Shown here piece by piece: positions 44,789 to 53,780 of a DNA stretch of 64,000 bases. The notes under the pieces were generated by a model. It searched no databases. It was not told the origin of the DNA and was given only the letters and a program-made list of their open reading frames with translations. Location: UHGV virus genome UHGV-1351770; one strand, 5' to 3'. Position numbers and translations under genes: made by a program. Within the stretch, counting starts at the first letter, position 1. Every line of letters begins with the position of its first letter. The DNA comes from a virus.

Positions 44789-45271
44789 ATGGCTGTAGAT
44801 AGTAGAGAGAAAGGTAAACGTGGCGAATATCAGGTAAGAGATATTCTACGTGAGCGTACAGGTCTTGAGTGGGAACGTGTTCCTGGCTCTGGTGCTTTTG
44901 GCCAGAGCCATGGACTAAAAGGTGACATCTACCTTCCACCACAAAGTGGACACATTAGTAAATACTGCTTCGAAGTTAAGTGGTATAAAGATGATAATAT
45001 ATCAAGTAATTTATTTAATGTTGGTGAATCCACTCTAGAGAAGTGGTGGCAGCAATGCTCACGTGAAGGTGAGCAGATGAACTCCAAACCTGCATTAATA
45101 TTCAAGAAAGACAGAGGACAGTGGTTAATAGCTTTGGATAGCTCAGACCCGATGGTTGACAACTTAATGAGTCGTACCCATATGGTGTTAAATAAGAAAG
45201 ACATGGAAATCGTAATTGGTTTATTTGAGCCGTGGCTACATCATGCATCTGTTGAGGACTTAATTAAATAA
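44789..45271 (+). CDS. PD-(D/E)xK nuclease, Holliday-junction-resolvase-like (T5 D14-like)
   Basis: GKRGEY...D(I)...FEVKW arrangement typical of Hjc/RecB-like nucleases. Confidence 0.5.
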   Translation: MAVDSREKGKRGEYQVRDILRERTGLEWERVPGSGAFGQSHGLKGDIYLPPQSGHISKYCFEVKWYKDDNISSNLFNVGESTLEKWWQQCSREGEQMNSKPALIFKKDRGQWLIALDSSDPMVDNLMSRTHMVLNKKDMEIVIGLFEPWLHHASVEDLIK

Positions 45272-46146
45272 TGAGTAAATCCTGGGGAAAATTTATTGAA
45301 GAAGAGGAAGCTGAAATGGCTTCCCGTCGTAACCTAATGATTGTCGATGGAACTAACTTAGGCTTTCGCTTCAAGCATAATAACAGTAAAAAACCATTTG
45401 CCTCAAGTTATGTTTCCACTATTCAGTCTCTAGCAAAATCTTATTCCGCTAGAACTACAATAGTTTTAGGAGATAAAGGAAAGTCTGCATTCCGCTTAGA
45501 GCATCTCCCCGAGTATAAAGGGAACCGAGATGAGAAATACTCTCAGCGTACGGAAGAGGAGAAAGCATTAGATGAGCAGTTCTTCGAGTATTTGAAAGAT
45601 GCTTTCGAATTATGTGAAACTACATTCCCAACTTTCACTATTCGTGGTGTAGAAGCAGATGATATGGCGGCTTATATTGTTAAACTCATTGGACATCTGT
45701 ATGATCACGTTTGGTTGATTTCTACTGATGGTGACTGGGATACTTTATTAACTGATAAAGTTTCTCGTTTTTCTTTTACAACACGTCGTGAATATCATCT
45801 TCGTGATATGTATGAGCATCATAATGTTGACGATGTAGAGCAGTTTATCTCTCTGAAAGCAATTATGGGTGATTTAGGGGATAATATCCGAGGTGTTGAA
45901 GGTATTGGGGCAAAACGCGGGTATAATATTATTCGTGAATTTGGTAACGTTCTGGATATTATTGATCAGCTTCCACTACCTGGAAAACAGAAATATATAC
46001 AGAATTTAAATGCTTCGGAAGAATTACTTTATCGAAACTTAATTCTGGTTGATTTACCAACCTACTGTGTAGATGCTATCGCCGCTGTAGGTCAAGATGT
46101 ATTAGATAAGTTTACAAAAGATATTTTGGAGATTGCAGAACAATGA
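45271..46146 (+). CDS. D15: Flap endonuclease / 5'-3' exonuclease (T5 D15, 291 aa)
   Basis: N-terminal MIVDGTNL and the H3TH region. The 291-aa length matches T5 D15 exactly. Confidence 0.9.
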   Translation: MSKSWGKFIEEEEAEMASRRNLMIVDGTNLGFRFKHNNSKKPFASSYVSTIQSLAKSYSARTTIVLGDKGKSAFRLEHLPEYKGNRDEKYSQRTEEEKALDEQFFEYLKDAFELCETTFPTFTIRGVEADDMAAYIVKLIGHLYDHVWLISTDGDWDTLLTDKVSRFSFTTRREYHLRDMYEHHNVDDVEQFISLKAIMGDLGDNIRGVEGIGAKRGYNIIREFGNVLDIIDQLPLPGKQKYIQNLNASEELLYRNLILVDLPTYCVDAIAAVGQDVLDKFTKDILEIAEQ

Positions 46147-46589
46147 TTAAAATTAAATTAACTCATCCAGATTGTATGCCTAAGATTGGTTCCGAAGATG
46201 CTGCAGGTATGGATCTGCGAGCATTCTTTGGTACTAACCCTGCTGCAGATTTACGTGCTATTGCACCAGGCAAATCCTTAATGATTGACACCGGTGTCGC
46301 GGTAGAAATTCCGCGAGGTTGGTTCGGTTTGGTAGTTCCTCGTAGCTCCTTAGGTAAGCGTCATCTGATGATTGCAAACACCGCAGGAGTGATCGACTCA
46401 GACTATCGTGGAACTATTAAGATGAACCTATTCAATTACGGTTCCGAAATGCAAACCCTGGAAAATTTTGAAAGACTTTGTCAGCTAGTGGTACTACCAC
46501 ACTATTCAACTCATCATTTTGAAATCGTTGATGAACTAGAGGAGACAGAACGTGGAGAAGGTGGATTTGGAAGTTCAGGAAACAAATAA
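46143..46589 (+). CDS. dut: dUTPase
   Basis: dUTPase motifs AAGMDLRA, VVPRSSLG, IDSDYRGT and a C-terminal G-rich motif 5. Confidence 0.9.
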   Translation: MIKIKLTHPDCMPKIGSEDAAGMDLRAFFGTNPAADLRAIAPGKSLMIDTGVAVEIPRGWFGLVVPRSSLGKRHLMIANTAGVIDSDYRGTIKMNLFNYGSEMQTLENFERLCQLVVLPHYSTHHFEIVDELEETERGEGGFGSSGNK

Positions 46590-46815
46590 TTTTACTAACC
46601 CTAGTATGGTAGGTATTGTTAATACCAATATGTCTACTTATCAGATTAAAACCACTGAATCCTAAAAGTTTGTGCTGAAAACAGATAAAGAAGGTAATGT
46701 TACTTTTTGGGATCCTGAAGGTTTTATAGAACTTTGCACTAATAGTGACAATGAGCATTTAAAATTCCTTTTAGCCATTTATAATCTTGGTATTATAGAA
46801 GGCAGTAAATAAATA

Positions 46816-46856
46816 ATAAAACCCCAGTGGATTTTGTCCACTGGGGTTTTCTTTTA
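46816..46856. terminator. Bidirectional terminator between the convergent dut (+) and ltfB (-) genes
   Basis: aaaccccagtgga-ttttg-tccactggggttt with T/A runs on both sides. Confidence 0.8.
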
Positions 46857-48602
46857 TTACTGTACTAATTGTATTTTTAATTGTTTGAGTTCTTCTTCCA
46901 AAGATTCAATCCGTTTTATAAGTTCTTGCACGACATGCATAGTGTCAAGAAGCATTGGAGTCGTATCTAATTCCTTCTGTTCTTGCTCCACCCCATCATT
47001 ATTATAAAATCTTCTAGTTTTTACATAAAGTGGTTCTATAGTCTCTACTTGCTGAGCAATAACCCCACGTCGGACGCGAGATTTTTCATCGTTATTATAT
47101 ACAAAGGATTGGAATTCTAATCCTTTTAATACCTCGATGGACTTAGTTGCGTCTATAGCCTTAATATCATGCTTTAAGCGAGAATCAGATACAGCATTTA
47201 ATTGCAAAGTATAGACTGCTGAAGCACCAGGCCACCAAGAATAGAAATAAATACTGTTATTATTAGGCTGAATTTTTAAACGTACACCATATTTGTTATC
47301 ATCATCACCTGCAACATGCCAGCAGCTATCAGCAAATGAACCGTTATCATTGTGGATTTGACCAATATGGGTATGAGTTTTATAGCCCGTGCTTGAACTT
47401 TGGGAGCCGCTAAGAATACTGTAGAAACTGTAGTCGTTACCGATGGCTTGGTGGGCTTGGGAAAATGTGCCATAGGCCCAGCCGGTCTGAACCCAAGCCA
47501 TACGGGTGCCAAATCTAGCCTTAAAGCGGTCGGACCACAGATCACCATCTTCTGTGACGCTGATATCTTTCTCTTTGCCCGTAGTGGCATTTTTAACAGA
47601 GAGCTGGGTAGAATATGCTCCGCCCATTGTTGCAGCAGTATAGACATTACCCTGCGCCTCAATAGCCGTTCCAATCTTATATTCTACACTTACTTTCCCT
47701 GATTCAACTCTTGTGCCGTCTATCGGTCTGGTCGCATCGCCGTTAATAACACTCCATGATGTATTTGCTGCAACGAAACCACCAGATGCACGAATCACCC
47801 ATACACCTACAAAATTTCGTGTAAGAATCTCATCATTTGATGCTCCGTAAATTGGACTTGAACGTGAGGCGTCAAAATTTAGCGTGTTACAACGGCCAGT
47901 AAGCGGTGTCTTACCTGCAGGGATGACATCCCCATCCCCGTTAGGAAAAAGCATATTATCAGAAAAGAATGCACCTCTAGCAGCAGAACCGAATACCTGA
48001 GCATACATACCTCCTGAGTAGCTAGGAACAGCACCTGTAATATTCGGTGCAGCGGATTCAAAAGCACGACCGTTAGCGTCGGACATACCGCCATCACCAC
48101 GACCATAAAGAGCGCGTATTGACCCTTGCTGTACCCCATTCCTATCTGGAACACGAAAAGTTGTTGTTCCATCTCCTGATGAGTATTTACCACGCTGGAA
48201 TTTATCCGCTAACCAGACGGAATCCTCTATAAGCCCAACCATCTGAGCATAAGCCCAAAGCTCAGGCCAGTCAGCCCTATTAAGAAGCTGTCCGTCAGAA
48301 ACGACTTCGTATGGTTGAATATATGCACGACTATCTCGGAGGTGAAAATCACCAACACCGTAGTTCATAACACCATTCATAGTGGGTCCAACTGTACCAG
48401 TGTTAATCTTATTCTCTACCCAACGTTTAGTTGCGGCATCATAGTCCCCAACAGGATCCCCCGCAAGAGGGGTGGATCCAATAGGACGCACATTTAGCCA
48501 TGCTGCTGCACGGTCTGCTAAGTCACTCAGGTTATTATTCTTATTAAGTGACTCGTTTTTAAGTTTTGTAATATCCGTAGGAATTACTGTTTTAGTTACC
48601 AT
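46857..48602 (-). CDS. L-shaped tail fibre distal protein (LtfB-like) with C-terminal intramolecular chaperone (peptidase S74-like) domain
   Basis: C-terminal ...SDSRLKHDIKAIDATKSIEVLKGLEF... resembles the autocleaving chaperone domain of T5 pb1. First gene after the convergent terminator. Confidence 0.7.
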   Translation of the reverse strand: MVTKTVIPTDITKLKNESLNKNNNLSDLADRAAAWLNVRPIGSTPLAGDPVGDYDAATKRWVENKINTGTVGPTMNGVMNYGVGDFHLRDSRAYIQPYEVVSDGQLLNRADWPELWAYAQMVGLIEDSVWLADKFQRGKYSSGDGTTTFRVPDRNGVQQGSIRALYGRGDGGMSDANGRAFESAAPNITGAVPSYSGGMYAQVFGSAARGAFFSDNMLFPNGDGDVIPAGKTPLTGRCNTLNFDASRSSPIYGASNDEILTRNFVGVWVIRASGGFVAANTSWSVINGDATRPIDGTRVESGKVSVEYKIGTAIEAQGNVYTAATMGGAYSTQLSVKNATTGKEKDISVTEDGDLWSDRFKARFGTRMAWVQTGWAYGTFSQAHQAIGNDYSFYSILSGSQSSSTGYKTHTHIGQIHNDNGSFADSCWHVAGDDDNKYGVRLKIQPNNNSIYFYSWWPGASAVYTLQLNAVSDSRLKHDIKAIDATKSIEVLKGLEFQSFVYNNDEKSRVRRGVIAQQVETIEPLYVKTRRFYNNDGVEQEQKELDTTPMLLDTMHVVQELIKRIESLEEELKQLKIQLVQ

Positions 48603-48611
48603 TATAAAACC

Positions 48612-48890
48612 TTATGCCCACTCTCTAAGAGGCTGTTCTAGCTGAACTATAAAAGGCTCAAAGTATTCGTAAGTAAAGGATTCATCAAGAATCCTTACAT
48701 TAACATAATACCCTTCATTACGGATGCCTCTAGGCTCATCATCACCTAGCGGAGAGATTTCAGTATAAGTATAGCCAATTTCATCAAGCATTATTTGGTT
48801 TTGCAAAGTTTCATTAGTATCCCACTCTATTTTTAAGAGAAAATCTTTATATGCTGATTTATCCGTGAATTTTAGGATTATATCTCTCAT
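48612..48890 (-). CDS. Small ORF (92 aa) within the tail-fibre locus
   Basis: ATGA overlap with the upstream ORF. Confidence 0.4.
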   Translation of the reverse strand: MRDIILKFTDKSAYKDFLLKIEWDTNETLQNQIMLDEIGYTYTEISPLGDDEPRGIRNEGYYVNVRILDESFTYEYFEPFIVQLEQPLREWA

Positions 48891-49111
48891 ACATACTCCT
48901 TCATTTGTCTATCAGTTAGTTCCTTATGCCAGATTCTAAAGTTTCTAACGTGCCCGAAAAGATGACGTTCGCCCGTAGTTGTTTGTCCGCCAATCCTTAT
49001 AGTAGCCGTTGATTGTATGTATCTCCATTCCGTTTTTGTTTCGCTTGATATTCTGGCATTACTTACACAGCAATTATTATAATCACTCTTTACTCTCATT
49101 CCTATGATCAT
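48887..49111 (-). CDS. Small ORF (74 aa) within the tail-fibre locus; resembles the C-terminal strands of a LamG/ConA-like domain
   Basis: ATGA overlap with ltfA. ...GHVRNFRIWHKELTDRQM motif. Confidence 0.4.
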   Translation of the reverse strand: MIIGMRVKSDYNNCCVSNARISSETKTEWRYIQSTATIRIGGQTTTGERHLFGHVRNFRIWHKELTDRQMKEYV

Positions 49112-51279
49112 CTTTTTAGTTTTGCATTCTCGTAAACCCTTCTGTTTGATTTACCTATATCGCAATAAGGGAATCCATCATTATCGCCTTCGGCAGATCC
49201 GAAAGCAAGAATAATTGCCGCACCAGATTGATGACCTCTAGTATCGAAAACACGAGGCGCAGCATTTGGCGTTATACTCCAGTTTTTATTAGCTTCCACA
49301 AGTATTGTAAACGGCAAATTGTAAAGGTTGTTTTTTATTGGCAATGTAACCATATCACTTGCCCGTGTAACTGGAGTTGCTTCTGTAATAATAAATGATG
49401 AAGCGCACGCCCCGCCTTCAACTTGAGGGGTAGCAATATAAATATAATCATCTGCACCAGTGCCCTCTCCCTCTTTTGCTGGTGCATACTGCACCATTGC
49501 ACCGATCATATTTTCTGTATCAAGCGCTTTAATTGTTGCCTCAAAGAAAATCCATTTGCTTGCTTCATCTTTAACAGCCCTTGCAGTAATACGATTTGCA
49601 GCGCCGCCAGATTTTTCAATTGATAAATCTGTCAGATTTACGTAAGCATCACCCAAAAATGTATAAGCAGATCCATCGTAGTTTTCAAATCGTAATCGGC
49701 ATCTTAAATTTGGAGTCCCACTTTGCGCCCTGCATGATATGGTTACATACTTTTCATTTCCTGTTACATCAAAACCTCTACTGCCGGAAACGGTTACTAT
49801 GTTAATCGCTGAAGTTTGCCCTACCATTTCTGGTTTTAATGTAAATTTTGCGTACTGGAATCCGAAATCATCTACACCTGATCTATCTAAGATCATATTT
49901 GATGACTTGTTCCATTTTGAAGGATTGGTGCTATTTATAAGAAGGTTTGTTCTTTGCCCCTCAATGAGCAAACCATCCTTTTCAAATCTAGGTTCATCAA
50001 TCCCCGCAACAGTTAATACACCTGATTTATTAATATATGTCGCAGTTGATGCACGTGTAAAGCTAACAATCTTATCACTAGGCAGTGTTATTTCCTCATC
50101 ACCGACTGTTATTTTTTTATAGCCTGGTGCAAAGCCGGTGATCATATCTAGAGAATCGTTAAACGGTATCCATACATCTGGAAGAGGTTGAATGTCGGGG
50201 GTAGAATTAGCAGCAGCTTCTGATCTATCAGCCTCAGTTTTTGAACGATCGGCTTCAGTTTTAGCAGTATTAGCACTATTAGCAGCAGCAGTAGCCTGTC
50301 TCCCCGCTTCTGCTGCAGAATTAGCAGCATTAGTTGCAGAAGTTGCAGCTTGGTTTTTTAAAGTTGTTGTCTCAGCTACCGCGCTATCTTTAATACCTTG
50401 TGTATCCGTTTTTAACTGCGCAACATCTGCCTTTATAGCTGTTGTCTCTGTTACAGCACTGTTTTTAATGGCCTGAGTATCTGATTTTAGCTGCTCAACA
50501 TCTGATTTTAAGCCTTGAATAGTAGTTACTGACTGCCTAGCTGAAGTTGCGGAACTAGCTGCGTTAGTCTCACTAGCTTTGGCTTTAGTCTCACTAGCTT
50601 TTGCATTAGTTTCGCTAGTTTTAGCCTTTGTTTCGGAAGTTTTTGCAGCAGAAGCTGATGTGGCAGCTTGTGTAGAGAATGTTTCCGCCTCATTCCTAAA
50701 ACCACTGGAATCCGCAGCGGATGCAGCAGCATTAGTCTCACTGATTTTTGCATTATCCTCACTAAGTTTTGCCGCTGCAGCCGAAGCAGCAGCATTAGTT
50801 TCACTAGCCTTAGCATTAGTCTCGGAGGCCTTAGCTTTGATTTCACTAGACTTTGTATTAGTTTCTGATGTTTTTGCATTAGTCTCGGAGGTTTTAGCCT
50901 TAGTTTCACTAGCTTTCGCATTAGTCTCGGATACTTTAGCTGCTGCGGCTGATTCTGCAGATCTATCCGCTGATGCAGCAGATTGAGTAGCAGATGTAGC
51001 AGACTGAGTAGCAGAAGCTTCTGAAGCTACGGCAGAAATAGCAGCTTCCTGCTCCGAATTCTTAGCATTAAGCTCTGAGGTCTTAGCTGCTATCTCAGAA
51101 TCTTTTGCAGCCGCAGCAGATTTAGCAGCGGCCTCTATAGAAGATACTAACTCACTAGCAGTAATAGAACTAATAGAATTTCCAAGAATTACTGTATATC
51201 TAGGAAATTTACTAGCAGTAGCTTTCGTATCATCTATATTCAGTATTTGTTGCACAATAATTTTAGTAGTTACTGCCAT
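49108..51279 (-). CDS. ltf: L-shaped tail fibre proximal protein (LtfA-like, pb1 N-terminal homolog) with Ser/Ala/Thr tandem repeats
   Basis: Position after p132. Repeats SETNAK(A/T)SETKAK encoded by 21-nt DNA repeats. T5 pb1-like organisation split as in LtfA/LtfB phages. Confidence 0.7.
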   Translation of the reverse strand: MAVTTKIIVQQILNIDDTKATASKFPRYTVILGNSISSITASELVSSIEAAAKSAAAAKDSEIAAKTSELNAKNSEQEAAISAVASEASATQSATSATQSAASADRSAESAAAAKVSETNAKASETKAKTSETNAKTSETNTKSSEIKAKASETNAKASETNAAASAAAAKLSEDNAKISETNAAASAADSSGFRNEAETFSTQAATSASAAKTSETKAKTSETNAKASETKAKASETNAASSATSARQSVTTIQGLKSDVEQLKSDTQAIKNSAVTETTAIKADVAQLKTDTQGIKDSAVAETTTLKNQAATSATNAANSAAEAGRQATAAANSANTAKTEADRSKTEADRSEAAANSTPDIQPLPDVWIPFNDSLDMITGFAPGYKKITVGDEEITLPSDKIVSFTRASTATYINKSGVLTVAGIDEPRFEKDGLLIEGQRTNLLINSTNPSKWNKSSNMILDRSGVDDFGFQYAKFTLKPEMVGQTSAINIVTVSGSRGFDVTGNEKYVTISCRAQSGTPNLRCRLRFENYDGSAYTFLGDAYVNLTDLSIEKSGGAANRITARAVKDEASKWIFFEATIKALDTENMIGAMVQYAPAKEGEGTGADDYIYIATPQVEGGACASSFIITEATPVTRASDMVTLPIKNNLYNLPFTILVEANKNWSITPNAAPRVFDTRGHQSGAAIILAFGSAEGDNDGFPYCDIGKSNRRVYENAKLKR
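50560..50945 (-). repeat. Tandem approximately 21-nt repeats (gcattagtctcggaggNtttagc-like) encoding the (A/T)SETNAK heptads of LtfA
   Basis: Visible by eye. Generates many spurious antisense ORFs in the ORF track. Confidence 0.8.
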
Positions 51280-51701
51280 TATTTAGTTACCCCATCACTG
51301 ATAAATACTTTACCCTCCATTATACGAAAGGAGCTAATTGCAGATCCTATAACATCTCTAGTCATAATTATATCATAGTATCCTGCGAATCGCTGACGAG
51401 GGTTATATCTATCTCTTTCTTTGGTGGCTTTTTCACCAATATTCTCTACCGCTTCTATGGGTAAACTTATAGCTATAGCACCTTGAGCAGCATCAATAAT
51501 TTTAGTAGTAAAAGATGCTAAAGTTTCCGCAGTCTCATCAAGGCTATTCTTTATAGTACCCCTTAGAGAATACCCCGTTAAGTTAACAGGGGTATTTGTA
51601 GGGGGATAAGTACTATCATCAACATCTAAGAATTGCATTAGTAGACCATAAGGCACTTTCTCATCTATTACTAAGTCTATAACTCTATTTTCAGTACTCA
51701 T
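51279..51701 (-). CDS. Tail collar protein (T5 p132-like, 140 aa)
   Basis: Size and position between pb4 and ltf match T5 p132. Confidence 0.6.
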   Translation of the reverse strand: MSTENRVIDLVIDEKVPYGLLMQFLDVDDSTYPPTNTPVNLTGYSLRGTIKNSLDETAETLASFTTKIIDAAQGAIAISLPIEAVENIGEKATKERDRYNPRQRFAGYYDIIMTRDVIGSAISSFRIMEGKVFISDGVTK

Positions 51702-51707
51702 TATTAA

Positions 51708-53780
51708 TTACCTTATATGGATATACCCATTATTTAGGTCTATCTTCATCTTGTAGTATGCCTCAGGGTTACCTGATAGTGCGGCGTTCCTATCATAAAT
51801 AATGTTAACACCGATCTGAGATAAGAAAGCATTTCCTGCTACAATTTTATCTGCCGTCACTGTACCATTAACAATCATATTTCCGTGGAGAACCATTGCA
51901 GGGTTAACCCAACTAGACCCATTCCATTGCCGTGTAAATGCTGATTGTGGGGCATTACTATTAAATTCAGTTAATACATCATATTTAACTGGGGAAGAAC
52001 CGAAATTACTTTGAAAGAAGGAATTAGCTTGTCCATCGTCCCAACCACCTAAACCTGGTATACCTACAGAGTACATCCCAGGACCACGTTGTCCATCATG
52101 TCCTATAGTGCCTTCAGTACCACTCCACTGAACTACATCAGACCAGCTAGTACCCTCTAATAATCTATTAGTCACAGGATCTAAAGTACCAGTAGTAGCA
52201 TAGATATTCTGAGTCATATCAGTACGATTAGGCGGTGTTTTAGACCAACCAGGAGGGGGATAATCTTGCTCTAATGGTTTTGCTGGCAAACTTTTACCAA
52301 GTTTATAAATAAATACGGTTTGTTTGCCTTGCAAACCAGTTTCAATATCTACGTCACCATTTGGTGTTCCAATTACTACACCGCTAGAAATACGTAGCAC
52401 ATCACCATCATAACGAATCCACTGTGTGGCATTACCAATGTCTAACTTAGCTTTGGCAGAGGTATTATCCATGCCCATCCAAATACCGGAGTTATTATCC
52501 CCCCAAGATTTACCTTGAGTGTAAATTGCTGGATTATCCTTACCGGATAAGTTAGTCATAATAAAGTTTGCAGCATTAATATCTCTAGTAATTACTTTCC
52601 CATCAACGTTAACAACACGGTTTATAGGGTCAAAAGAAATAGATGCTTTTCCTTCTTCATCTAGCAGACCAATGTTAATAGCGCCAGTGGCTGCGTCGAT
52701 TAAGAATGTCTGCCTCCAGATTTCTCCATCTTTCATACTACCTCTAATAAAGGCATAATTAACATCAATACCCGTCTCATTGACAAAGCTGTTGTCTAGA
52801 GGAGTATCTTCATTCAATATAAATGTTACAGGAGCTGATTCTGTTATATCTTGCTTATTTGGTCCCCAGGCAATTGATGATACCTTAAAAGTATGCTCAA
52901 CTTTCCATGGGAATGATATGATCGTTGCAGCTCTAGCAGCCCCAACGTTTATCTTTTGAGCTTTAGCCCAGCCAGTCTTAGCATATTCCTCAGAGTTTAT
53001 ATAAGTGACTAGAAATTCACGGACATTAGCACCACCACCACGTTCCCAGTCCCACTCTATTCTAACATCATATCGTTCCTTACCGTCTGCGATTCGTGCA
53101 GCTTTAAAGGCAATGTTAGTAGGTGCAGTAGGTGGTACGAAATTATAAGCTACAGTGAAAACGCTAGGGTATTCATAATAACCAGATGAGTCAACTGTAA
53201 CACCATCTGGCATCGTAACTTGACCCGATATTCTGATCTTATAGTCGCCAACCGGAACACCACCAAATTTGATAGTAGATCCCAATGCGCCTATATAATA
53301 CTTAACCCATTCACTATCTTCTGATGCAGTACTTTTTAATTCAATAGTGCAGTAACTAGCTTCCCCAGTAGTATCTACAACAACTATTGGAGCACCAACA
53401 CCCACGTCGACGGGTTCTGATTCAGATCTTGCTGCAGTAATTATTGGCTTTTCCTTTGTTCTAAAGTTAGTTTCATTAGAGAGGTTGATACCAATCTTAG
53501 CTTCCAGTAACTCTGAGTCAATAATTGAGTCATAGAAAGCCCCCTGAACCCCGTAGGAGGTAGAAGGGGTTAGATTATTAATCATTACGAAGAAAGTATC
53601 TATACCAGTATAATCACGTCTATCTATACTTTCTTCTGTCTTTAACCAAAAAGATCTACCAATAACGTCATAGTCAGTATATATAGAGTGCTGGACATAT
53701 GCCATTGTATATCCAGTCATTATACTATTTAAGACCATTTTGGCTGGTGCATTATTCGAAATCATTAAATGGATGCCCAC
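51708..53780 (-). CDS. Baseplate/central fibre protein (T5 pb4-like, 690 aa)
   Basis: Size and synteny (downstream of pb3). FN3-like repeat content. Confidence 0.65.
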   Translation of the reverse strand: MGIHLMISNNAPAKMVLNSIMTGYTMAYVQHSIYTDYDVIGRSFWLKTEESIDRRDYTGIDTFFVMINNLTPSTSYGVQGAFYDSIIDSELLEAKIGINLSNETNFRTKEKPIITAARSESEPVDVGVGAPIVVVDTTGEASYCTIELKSTASEDSEWVKYYIGALGSTIKFGGVPVGDYKIRISGQVTMPDGVTVDSSGYYEYPSVFTVAYNFVPPTAPTNIAFKAARIADGKERYDVRIEWDWERGGGANVREFLVTYINSEEYAKTGWAKAQKINVGAARAATIISFPWKVEHTFKVSSIAWGPNKQDITESAPVTFILNEDTPLDNSFVNETGIDVNYAFIRGSMKDGEIWRQTFLIDAATGAINIGLLDEEGKASISFDPINRVVNVDGKVITRDINAANFIMTNLSGKDNPAIYTQGKSWGDNNSGIWMGMDNTSAKAKLDIGNATQWIRYDGDVLRISSGVVIGTPNGDVDIETGLQGKQTVFIYKLGKSLPAKPLEQDYPPPGWSKTPPNRTDMTQNIYATTGTLDPVTNRLLEGTSWSDVVQWSGTEGTIGHDGQRGPGMYSVGIPGLGGWDDGQANSFFQSNFGSSPVKYDVLTEFNSNAPQSAFTRQWNGSSWVNPAMVLHGNMIVNGTVTADKIVAGNAFLSQIGVNIIYDRNAALSGNPEAYYKMKIDLNNGYIHIR

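Noticed and set aside
49423-50986. Multiple plus- and minus-strand ORFs within ltfA (for example 49739-50122, 50192-50476, 50526-50921 and 50579-50986)
   Set aside because: Generated by the tandem 21-nt repeats and the Ala/Ser-rich bias of ltfA. Only the 723-aa minus frame is continuous and syntenic.
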